A DNA stretch of 64,000 nucleotides, taken from the NCBI GenBank assembly GCA_964016885.1, contig OZ024751.1, positions 124,001 through 188,000 of the forward strand, in the 5' to 3' direction. The notes under the pieces were generated by a model. That model was not told where the DNA came from. It saw only the letters and a program-made list of their open reading frames with translations, and searched no databases. The translations under genes were made by a program, and so were the position numbers. Shown here one piece after another: positions 1 to 13,225 of this stretch. Position 1 is the stretch's first letter, and each line of letters opens with the position of its first letter. Origin of the DNA: Eledone cirrhosa (lineage: Eukaryota).

Positions 1-2700
<2,700 letters not shown>

Positions 2701-3436
2701 AGACCTGGGCATAGACATGAGCGATGATGCACTCTTTTTCTTCACACATCATGAAGGTGGCGACAACATGTAGACGATCGCTGGCTGGATCTTGAGGACT
2801 TTCCTTACAAGAGATCGAGACACCAGTTGACACTGTGGAGGACTTTTGTCCTAAGCCGCCTGGACTACTGCTCCCAGCTGTGGTCACCCCATCGTGTCAA
2901 ACTAACCACGGAGCTTGAGGCAATCCAGCGAAGCTACACCAAGAGGATTGCCAAGATGAGGGAGACAAGCTACTGGGAGAAGCTAAAGGAACTGAACCTC
3001 TACTCCTTGGAGCGAAGACGGGAGAGATACGCAGTGATCTACATGTGGAAAATCTGGAGGGACTAGCACCAAACTTTGGCATTGGGAGCTGGACCAACCG
3101 TCGAACAGGACGTCACTGTGTGGTGCCAAAGGTCCCCGTCTTCCACATCTAGAATAAGGAGCTGGGATTCAAGGGCCCTCAACTCTTCAACAAGCTGCCG
3201 AGGCATCTGCGAGACTTGCATGACGTGGAGGTGGATGTCTTTAAGAAACATCTCGACACCTTGTTATCCCGGATGAGCCCACAGCAAGACACGAGGGAAA
3301 ACCTAAGGGCAGCAGCAACAAACTCCCTCCTACACCAGTGGCCAACCTATACAGGCTGGAGATAAAATGTGTAGCAACAAGGGCGGTGCCCCAGCATGGC
3401 CTCAGCCGGATGGCTGAAACAGGTAAAAGAGTAAAA
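2701..3436 (+). mobile_element. CR1/L2-group LINE, 3' fragment (RT C-terminus plus 3'UTR)
   Basis: DLGIDMS..., then [20 protein letters not shown]...YWEKLKELNLYSLERRRERY; frameshifted; ends in gtaaaa repeats; flanked by (TA)n. Confidence 0.85.
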
Positions 3437-3570
3437 TATTTGTATATATATATGTATATATATATATGTATATATGTATGTATATATATATGTATATATA
3501 TATATGTATATATATATATATGTATATATATAATATAAGAATCAAAAGATGGTTAAAGGAGTTCCATGTA

Positions 3571-3637
3571 TTTTATTATGCGCATTTCAAAAACAAACAT
3601 CATCATGCAATAATATTTGTGTTTTCATCAGATAAAA
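3571..3637 (-). ncRNA. Type I hammerhead ribozyme, intact core
   Basis: Minus strand: TTTTAT CTGATGA [stem II with CAAATATTATT/GATGATGTTTG] GAA ATGCGCAT A ATAAAA; 6-bp stem I, palindromic stem III, AUA site. Confidence 0.8.
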
Positions 3638-3753
3638 CAGGAGAACATGATATGAAGGCTAAAACACTTGTGGATAGTGCAGTTTTAAATCAACATGTTG
3701 ATTAAAACTGCACTATCCACAAGTGTTTTTAGCCTTCATATCATGTTCTCCTG

Positions 3754-3821
3754 TTTTATCTGATTGAAAACACAAATATTATTGCATGATGATGTTTGTT
3801 TTTGAAATGCGCATAATAAAA
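3754..3821 (+). ncRNA. Type I hammerhead, inverted partner with 1-nt insertion in core (CTGATTGA)
   Basis: Mirror copy of 3571-3637. Confidence 0.65.
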
Positions 3822-3946
3822 TACATGGAACTCCTTTAACCATCTTTGATCTTATATTATGTATACTCCAGTCCTACAAACTGTAGAGTGCTTCTTATCC
3901 GATATCTGCATTGCTTTATTGTACTACAATAAAACTCACCTCCTAC

Positions 3947-3947
<1 letters not shown>

Positions 3948-3983
<36 letters not shown>

Positions 3984-3989
3984 TATGTG

Positions 3990-4025
<36 letters not shown>

Positions 4026-4471
4026 TGTGTATATATATATATATGTATATATATATGTATGTATATATATATATTATATATATTATATATATATATATTA
4101 TATGTATATGTATATATATGTATATATATATATATGTATATATATGTATATATATGTATATATATGTATATATATGTATATATATGTATATATATGTATA
4201 TATATATGTGTATATATATATATATGTGTATATATATATATATGTGTATATATATATATATGTGTATATATATATATATGTGTATATATATATATATGTG
4301 TATATATATATATATGTGTATATATATATATATGTGTATATATATATATATATGTGTATATATATATATATATGTGTATATATATATATATATATGTGTA
4401 TATATATATATATGTATGTGTATATATATATATGTATGTGTATATATATATATGTATGTATATATATATAT

Positions 4472-4509
<38 letters not shown>

Positions 4510-4889
4510 GTATGTATATATGTGTATATATGTATAATATGTATATATATATGTATATATATATATATCTATATATATATGTATATATATGTATATATAT
4601 ATGTATATATATATGTATATATATGTATGTATATATGTATGTATATATGTATGTATGTATATATGTATGTATATATATATGTATATATATATGTATATAT
4701 ATATATATGTATATATATATGTATATAATATATATGTATATTATATATGTATGTAATATATATATGTATGTATATATGTATGTATATATGTATGTATGTA
4801 TATATATATGTATGTATATATGTATGTATGTATATATGTATGTATGTATATATGTATGTATGTATGTATATATGTATGTATATATATAT
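3948..4889. repeat. (TA)n/(TATG)n microsatellite
   Basis: Direct inspection. Confidence 0.97.
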
Positions 4890-5482
4890 GTGCTACTGGT
4901 AACATGTATCCCAGTACAACCTGTCCCATGGTCGGGTCGTTGGCGACTAAACTGGCAACCCCACCAAGGTTTCTTGGTGAGGAGGGTGACTTTGGACATC
5001 CTGCAGGACTAAAAACAAAACCTGTCAAAGGCAAAGGAGCTCTTAAGAGTCAATGGCCATCCAAAATCACCGGGAGAGATGACCCCTTAGCCTTTGTCAA
5101 GGCAGAATTCTAGGAGAAGGAAAACTCTGATATAACACCTGCAACCCTGATGGTATCCAATGATGTTGACTTGTTCTTCTTTTTGGTAAATATCATCTTG
5201 GTTAAGAGAGTGGGACTGGCTTTGTGCAGTGCCTTTGCTCACTATAAAGCTTCACCGGCACAGGCATTGCTTTATATCTGGAGATCTCTCCTGCACTTGT
5301 CGTCACATGGTACCATGGGCCCAAGCACTATGTGTCAGTAATTGTCACAAGTGTAGTGTTTGTACCAGAGTTTTCAAGTCGCTGGCTGGACTAAAAGTCA
5401 CACTCGTTCAGCGCATCGGTAGGGGTTCTCCTACATGGATATAAAGTATGGCCGTACTCGAAAACGAGTTGGCAGCCACCAA
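4890..5482 (+). mobile_element. Non-autonomous, internally deleted RTE/BovB-like element (5'UTR joined to 3' end)
   Basis: RTE-type 5'UTR motif (taggagaaggaaaactctga) followed by a terminal C2H2-like remnant [17 protein letters not shown]; flanked by (TA)n. Confidence 0.55.
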
Positions 5483-5554
5483 TATATATGTATGTATATA
5501 TATATGTATATATGTATGTATGTATATATATATGTATGTATATATATATGTATG

Positions 5555-5588
<34 letters not shown>

Positions 5589-5799
5589 TGTATGTATATA
5601 TGTATGTATATATATATATGTATTATATATAGTATATGTATGTAAATATATATGTATGTATATATAATGTGTATGTATATATATGTGTATGTATATATAT
5701 GTATGTATGTAATATATATATGTGTATGTATATATTATGTGTATGTAATATATGTATGTATGTATATATATATGTGTATGTATATATATATGTGTATGT

Positions 5800-5833
<34 letters not shown>

Positions 5834-6700
5834 GTATATATATATATGTATATATATACATACATATATATATATGTATGTATGTATGTATATATATATA
5901 TGTATGTATGTATATATATATATATATGTATATATATATGTATATATATACATACATATATATATACATATATATATATGTATGTATATATATATATGTA
6001 TGTATGTATATATGTATGTATATATATATGTATGTATGTATATATATATGTATGTATATATATATGTATATATGTATATATGTATGTATGTATGTATATA
6101 TATATGTATGTATATATATATATATATGTATATATGTATATATATATGTATGTATATATATATATATATGTATATATGTATATATATATGTATGTATATA
6201 TGTATATATGTATGTATATATATATATATGTATGTATGTATGTATATTATATATATATATGTATGTATATATATATATATGTATGTATGTATATATATAT
6301 ATATGTATGTATATATATATATGTATGTATATATGTATGTATATATATATGTATGTATGTATATATATATGTATGTATATATATATATATATGTATATAT
6401 GTATATATATATGTATGTATATATATATATATGTATATATGTATGTATATATATATATGTATGTATATATATATGTATGTATATATATATATATATGTAT
6501 GTATATATATATATATGTATGTATATATATATATGTATATATATATGTATATATATATGTATATATGTATGTATATATATATATATGTATATATATATGT
6601 ATGTATATATATATGTATGTATATATGTATGTATATATATATGTATGTATATATGTATGTATATATATATATATGTATATATATATGTATGTATATATAT
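5483..6700. repeat. (TA)n/(TATG)n microsatellite
   Basis: Direct inspection. Confidence 0.97.
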
Positions 6701-7088
6701 ATCATCATCATCATCATCATCATCAACGTTTAACGTCCGTGTTCCACGCTTGCATGGGTTTGGACGGGGTAGTCCCACTTGAGGCAAGAGTGATTGTCTT
6801 GCTCGCATAGGACTGTCTGGCAGGTTTTCTACAGTTGGATGCCCTTCCTAACACCAACCACATTTACAGTGTGGGTCTGGGAGGTTTTTACCGTGTTGCC
6901 TACACGGCCACATTACAGCGTGGACTGTGTGTTTTTTGTCGTGACACCTACACGATCTCATTTGTTTCGGCCTGGATGGCGCGGCACCAACATAACTTTA
7001 CATAGAACGGGGTGGTGTGGATGGGGTGTGGGTGGGTGGCGGGACGGGGTGTAGTTTGTTAGAGATGCCTACTGGCAAGGCGGGTCTT
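6701..7088 (-). mobile_element. RTE-related 3'UTR/SINE with (GAT)n tail
   Basis: Similar to reverse complement of 10130-10384 (GGAAGGGCATCCA...TAGAAA module, (ATC)n tail). Confidence 0.7.
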
Positions 7089-7415
7089 ATGTATGTATAT
7101 ATATATGTATGTATATATATGTATATATATATATATGTATATATATATGTATATATATATGTATATATATATGTATATATATATGTATATATATATATAT
7201 GTATATATATATGTATGTATATATATATGTATATATATATGTATGTATATATATATGTATATATATATGTATGTATATATATATGTATGTATATATGTAT
7301 GTATATATGTATGTATATATATATGTATGTATATATGTATGTATGTATATATATGTATGTATGTATATATGTATGTATATATATATGTATGTATATATAT
7401 ATGTATATATGTATG

Positions 7416-7462
<47 letters not shown>

Positions 7463-7473
7463 GTATATATATG

Positions 7474-7504
<31 letters not shown>

Positions 7505-7542
7505 GTATGTATATATATATGTATGTATATATATATGTATGT

Positions 7543-7576
<34 letters not shown>

Positions 7577-7639
7577 GTATATATATGTATGTATGTATAT
7601 ATATATATGTATATATATACATACATATATATATACATA

Positions 7640-7679
<40 letters not shown>

Positions 7680-7684
7680 CATAC

Positions 7685-7715
<31 letters not shown>
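7089..7715. repeat. (TA)n/(TATG)n microsatellite switching to (TACA)n near 7618
   Basis: Direct inspection. Confidence 0.95.
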
Positions 7716-10084
7716 CAAAAGCCTTCCCTAGTGAGGAATGTACATCCCAACATAGCTTAGTTGTCAGCGACCTCACGGTCAGAACTAGACGAGCCCTGAA
7801 ACAGAGGCCAACCTGGAGAAGAAAGATCTGGAAGCTGAAAGTCCCCTCAACCAGTAACAGATTTAAAGATATTTTACTCAACGCCTACGACAGTAAAGAA
7901 GAACAGATAGAGACATTTAACGTAGAAGAGAACTGGGAGTTCCTAAAAAATAACTTACTAGAGGCGACGGATGAGGTTTGTGGCTGGAGTAAGACCTCAA
8001 GCAGGAGGAGAGTGACTTGGTGGTGGAACAATAAGGTAGATGAAGCAGTCAAGGCCAAGAGACAGGCATGGAAAGAATGGAAGAACGGGGGGAGCAGGGT
8101 ACATTACATAGAGACCAAGAGGGAAGCTAGGCGACAAGTATACTTAGCTAGGAGGGAAGCAGAGGATAGAAAATTCAAGCATGTTTTACAACGTGAGGAC
8201 CAGAAACAGGAGGTATTCAAGATTGCGAGGCAGTGTGTCAGAGATAGTTGTGATGTCATTGGAGAGAAGTGTATCCGGAATGATAAAGGTGAGCTTGCCC
8301 TCACAAGTGCTGAGAAGAAAGATGCATGGAAGAGTTATTATGATAGATTACTAAATGAGGAGAATGCATGGGAAGAAGAGACCCTACCCCACGTAGACCC
8401 TATAGAGGGACCAGCAGTACAAGTCAGCGGCAGCGTAGTAAGTAAGGCAATCAGAGATATGAAGATAGGGAAGGCAACCGGTCCATCGGGTATAGCTGCC
8501 GAGATGCTGAAGGCATCTGGGTCTGTAGGTCACACTATAACCACACGTATCGTTAACCAGGTAATACTAGAGGGGGCCATACCAAAAGATTGGTGCAGTA
8601 GCATCATTGTCAACTGCTACAAAGGTAAAGGCGATGCACTAGATAGAGGAAACTATAGAGGTATAAAGTTGATGGACCAGGTCATGAAAGTAACAGAAAG
8701 AGTTATAGCACAGCTGATTAGGGACCGGGTGAATATAGACGAGATGCAATTTGGGTTTGTACCAGGGAAAGGCACCACTGATGCGCTCTTCCTTGTGAGG
8801 CAATTACAGGAAAAGTACCTAGCTAAAAGTAAGCCACTCTACTTGGCATTTGTCGACCTTGAGAAAGCCTTTGACAGAGTTCCACGTGCAGTAATCTGGT
8901 GGGCTCTTAGAAAACTAGGAGTAGATGAATGGCTTGTGAAAGCGGTACAAGCCATGTATAGGGGAGCAGTCAGCAAAGTTAGGATTGGCAATGAGTATAG
9001 CGAGGAATTTAGCGTACAGGTTGGGGTCCACCAGGGCTCTGTTCTTAGCCCTCTCCTGTTCATCATAGTCCTGCAGGCAATAACGGAGGAGTTTAAGACC
9101 GGATGCCCATGGGAACTCCTGTATGCTGATGACCTCGCACTCATAGCTGAATCTATGGTAGAACTAGAGAATAAATTCCAAACCTGGAAGCAGGGACTAG
9201 AGAGAAAGGGCCTCAAAGTCAACATGACAAAGACTAAGGTCCTTATAAGTAGACGAGAAAACAGAACCCAGATCCCCTCAGGGAAATGGCCTTGCTCAGT
9301 ATGTAGGAAAGGTGTAGGTAGGAACTCCATTCTTTGCCCCAAATGCAAACAATGGGTACACAAGAGATGTAGCGGGATCTCAGGAAGCTTAATTAAGAAT
9401 GTAGGATTCACATGCAGCAGCTGTGCTGAAACAGCAAGCAAACAGCCACAGGAAACAAGTACCACCAATCTCTGGGAGGGCCCTGTAGAAACAGTAGACA
9501 GCTTCTGCTACCTAGGTGACCGAATTAGCAACGGAGGTGGGTGCTCAGAAAGTACAATAACTAGGGTAAGAACGGGATGGAAGAAGTTTAGGGAACTACT
9601 ACCACTGCTAGCTGCAAAAGGCTTCTCCCTCAGAATGAAAGGCAGACTGTATGATGCGTGTATCCGAACAGCGATGTTGCATGGTAGTGAGACCTGGGCG
9701 CTGAAGGTGGAAGACTTACGTAGATTAGAGAGAAACGAAGCCTGCATGCTCCGATGGATGTGTAACAGTAATATACGTGAACGACAAAGCATAAATGAAT
9801 TGAGAGAGAGACTGAGCATAAGAGGAATCAAATGCTGCGTGCAGGAGAGGCGGTTACGCTGGTATGGACATGTGATGCGTATGAAGGATGACAGCTGCAT
9901 AAAAAGGTGCAGAGCACTAGAAGTTGATGGAAACCGCGGAGTGGGGAGACCCAAGATGACTTGGGATGAGGTGATAAAAGCCGACCTTACCCAACTACAC
10001 CTCTCAAAGTCAATGACACACGACCGTGACTTCTGGCGTCACGCAGTAATACAGGGTACCCGACCTCCCATGGGTACATGCTGA
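7716..10084 (+). CDS. RTE ORF2 remnant (~790 codons without stop): RT with internal C4HC3 zinc finger; no authentic start
   Basis: Non-repetitive part of ORF 7109..10084. Confidence 0.85.
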
Positions 10085-10384
10085 AGCATATAAACAATAT
10101 GCCCCCCCCCCCCACCGCAAGGTGGTCGTGGAGGTGCCACGGCAAAAAAGCACCCAGCCCACACTGTAAAGTGGACGTGTAGGCGCCACGAAAAAGCACC
10201 CAGCACTCACTGTAAATGAGGTTGGTGTTAGGAAGGGCATCCAGCTGTAGAAATCAAGCCAGATCAGTTCCTGTATGAGCAAGGCATGGTCAGCCGACCA
10301 GACACTGCCCACAACAGGACAACCCGTCTAACCCATGCTAGCGTGGAAGAACGGACGTAAAACAGTGATGATGATGATGATGAT
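7716..10384 (+). mobile_element. RTE-clade LINE, 5'-truncated, probably young (subfamily A)
   Basis: Open frame from end of APE ([11 protein letters not shown]) through RT ([48 protein letters not shown]) to RRLRWYGHV; (GAT)n tail; in (TA)n. Confidence 0.95.
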
Positions 10385-10555
10385 ATATATATATACATAC
10401 ATATATATATATGTATATTGAAATATGTATATATATTTATATATATGTATATATATATATGTATATATATTTATATATATGTATATATATATATGTATAT
10501 ATATTTATATATATGTATATATATATATGTATATATATTTATATATATGTATATA

Positions 10556-11021
10556 TATTGTTATACTTTGGGATGGTCATGTTGCCAATAAGAAACACAC
10601 ACACCAGTTGCTTTCACTTCAATTTATTATAATAAATCTATAAATTTAGGAATCTATAAATTTCCGGTTGGTTGGTTCCACAACCAGATGATTGTTTATA
10701 TATTGTCAAAGTTCTTTCGTCACACATTCTGTGACCTCTTCAGTGACTGTGGATTCTTTTCTTTGTTTTTGTGCCTCTCCTCTGTTCTGTCCTACGCCAT
10801 TTTGTTTTTGTGTGTGTTGTGTGCTTAGTTTGCGTATGTTATATCCGGTTGTTTGTTCTATGTGCGTGTATGTTTTCATTTTGTCCTTAATTGTAAGTTG
10901 TGATGTTGCTGTTCCATCCTTTTTTTCTATTTAATTTTGGTTGGAGTTCATTTATGTTTATTGCCTCTGTGATTTGTCTAAACATTTGTCTAGACAAATC
11001 ACAGAGGCAATAAACATAAAT
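10556..11021 (-). mobile_element. Probable PLE pLTR with 31-bp 5' inversion (hairpin ~10950-11021)
   Basis: Homologous to 62597-62980 on the opposite strand; contains a hammerhead; abuts (TA)n. Confidence 0.7.
10705..10747 (-). ncRNA. Minimal type I hammerhead ribozyme
   Basis: Minus strand: GTCA CTGAAGA G GTCACA gaatg TGTGAC GAA AG aa CT T TGAC. Confidence 0.75.
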
Positions 11022-11355
11022 CGGTTGGGTACTTCTTGAGTACTAAGTCGGTTGGGTACTTCTCCAGTTTTAGGGATTCAAACTCACACACACACACACA
11101 GACATCCTCAGGGAAGTGACGTAATGCAGACATACAGACAGATATTATAAGGGCACGACGTTATATTATGTATCTATCTAAAGAGAGAAAGACTAAGAAT
11201 TATCGCATAATGTGGCCCCTAGGGCATTGAAAATTTGAAATTTTGATCAGAACACTCCCTGAAACTAAGTATTACATGTGTAAAGTTTGAAAACAGTCGG
11301 TTGGGTGGTTCTCGAGATTTAGGGATTCAAACTCACACACACACAGACAGACATG
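11022..11355 (+). mobile_element. Helentron/DINE-like non-autonomous repeat fragments
   Basis: aagtttgaaaacagtcggttgggtggttctcgagattt...(CA)n-cagacagaca module, partly repeated. Confidence 0.45.
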
Positions 11356-11515
11356 TGTATATAATTATATATATGTATATATTTATATATATGTATATAT
11401 ATATATATGTATCTTTAGAACTGCTGGAATAGCAACATAACAGATACCTCAGGCACTGATGGGGATTATCGCTAAATACTGATATTAGATTATCAATATT
11501 AGTATTATTGGGCAC

Positions 11516-11642
11516 CCACTGATGAATTATAGGAGCCCACTTGAATATATATCTGTTGATCGTATACAAGCTCCTACATAAATTGGTATAATTTCACCCA
11601 AATTGTAGGAATCCTATACTGAAACGAGACGTTCGTCTGAGA
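11516..11642 (+). ncRNA. Candidate hammerhead with long stem II
   Basis: CTGATGA at-TATAGGA ... TCCTATA-ct GAA ACGA gacgt TCGT C; stem I (CCCA/TGAG) imperfect. Confidence 0.45.
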
Positions 11643-11952
11643 AGAGATATATTCGATATGTCTCATATGAAATAATACAGCCAATTTTCCACACAATACA
11701 TTTAGTTGGCACCCCGAACGCATAATTAGGAATATACTCACTTATTTCCTAATGTTTGTTGAGTGAGTTGGAATTTGGCCGGAGTATCGCTAAAAAGCTT
11801 TCTCCGATAATGTATTTATTTATATGTATATATGTATTTATTTATATGTATATATGTATTTATATATATGTATATATGTATATATTTATTTATATGTATA
11901 TATTTATTTATATATATATGTATATATTTATTTATATATGTATATATTTATT

Positions 11953-12052
11953 CATAGGAACGAGTAGGATTATTACCCACTCTACTACCCTAAGTATTGA
12001 GTACTTTGGTGCATTATGGTCCACCTGGTTCCTTACCACATTTCCTTCATTA
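11953..12052 (+). mobile_element. Naiad-family PLE 3' tail with short inverted piece
   Basis: ~11972-12052 matches reverse complement of 38081-38160; ~11954-11968 resembles 38160-38175 in the same orientation. Confidence 0.75.
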
Positions 12053-12142
12053 TATTTATTTATATATATGTATATATTTATATATATGTATATATATATA
12101 TTTATATATATGTATATATGTATATATATTTATATATTTATA

Positions 12143-12189
<47 letters not shown>

Positions 12190-12239
12190 GTATATACAAA
12201 TGTTATTATTAGTTTCATGCTTGAGAGTAGGGGGTGGGG

Positions 12240-12274
12240 CACAACGTTTCGGGCATAAGCCCTTCATCAGCAGA
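12240..12274 (-). ncRNA. Minimal PLE-type hammerhead, stem I degenerate
   Basis: Minus strand: CTGATGA A GGGC ttat GCCC GAAACGTT; within a ~350 bp pLTR-like segment between TA tracts. Confidence 0.65.
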
Positions 12275-12588
12275 AAAGTGGGTAGGGAAAGATTTCCGAG
12301 GTTGTGTTGGGTTGTGGTGGAAAGACATTTAAACAGGGGGGGGGGGGGGGGTTAGAGAGTAAAAAATGTTTTTTTAAATAAAAAGAAACAAGTAGGGAAA
12401 AGGTGGAGAGGGGAGAAGGCTGAAGGTTGTGTGTGTATGTGAATGTGAGTTGGGGGAAGAAAGAGGCTCCATGTTCAGGTAAAAGGGAAACCGTTGTGTA
12501 CAATGGTGGGGTGTAAGTCGGTATGTGTGTGTGGATGCAGAGGGGTGGGGGAGAGGATATATATATATATATATATATCCATATATAT

Positions 12589-12730
12589 TGTCTGGTGAAA
12601 CTCACTAACATGAGTAAAATTTCCTACCTGGGAGACTTAGCCATAAGCAATCAAACAATATGCATGGCACTAGCCGAAACGCACCTGACAAGAAGAATCG
12701 CAGATGCGGAAATGAATATACCAAAATATA
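12589..12730 (+). mobile_element. LINE APE N-terminal fragment (CR1-like)
   Basis: KISYLGDL...MALAETHLTRRIADAEMNIPKY. Confidence 0.5.
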
Positions 12731-13187
12731 CGGTATTTCGTTAAAATAAAACATTTAGAAGACCATACGCTATCAGTTTTAAAGTTGTGGTCACTTACTG
12801 CTTTTCGGCAAAAGAAGGGATACCTAATTTTTGCTGGACTGGCTCTGAAGAAAGACGTGGTAGAGGTAGACCACGAAAAACATGGGCGGAGGTGGTGAGA
12901 ACAGACCTCAGACAACTGAAGCTCACGGTGTAGATAAGGACCGTGACAAGTGGAGAGATGCTGTGCTGAATAAGACCCGTCCCACCCTGATTATTACTGG
13001 AATTCTATAGGAATCCAGCGTCTATAATTTTCGGCGGAAGCAGAGGGTGCGTGGCTCTGATGATCGCCAGCCAGAGTGAAAGAGACTGTTAGCTTCTCTC
13101 ACTTCTTTTGCCGAAAAGAAGTGACATAGTCACTACTTTAAAACCGATAGCATATGGTCTTCTAAATGTTTTTAATTAAACATACGG
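12731..13187. mobile_element. MITE with ~85 bp imperfect TIRs and TA flanks (pogo/Tigger-like), containing an RTE 3' fragment (~12830-12990)
   Basis: aaacatttagaagaccatacgctatcagttttaaag...ttttcggcaaaagaag versus its reverse complement at ~13102-13187. Confidence 0.65.
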
Positions 13188-13225
13188 TATATTGCCAAAT
13201 ATACTATACATACATATATATATAT

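Larger units (their letters stand above)
3530..3947 (+). mobile_element. Probable PLE terminal repeat (pLTR) as a ~330 bp spacerless palindrome plus ~85 bp tail
   Basis: Arms 3530-3695 and 3696-3860 centred on CAACATGTTG; each arm carries a hammerhead motif; (TA)n on both sides. Confidence 0.7.
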
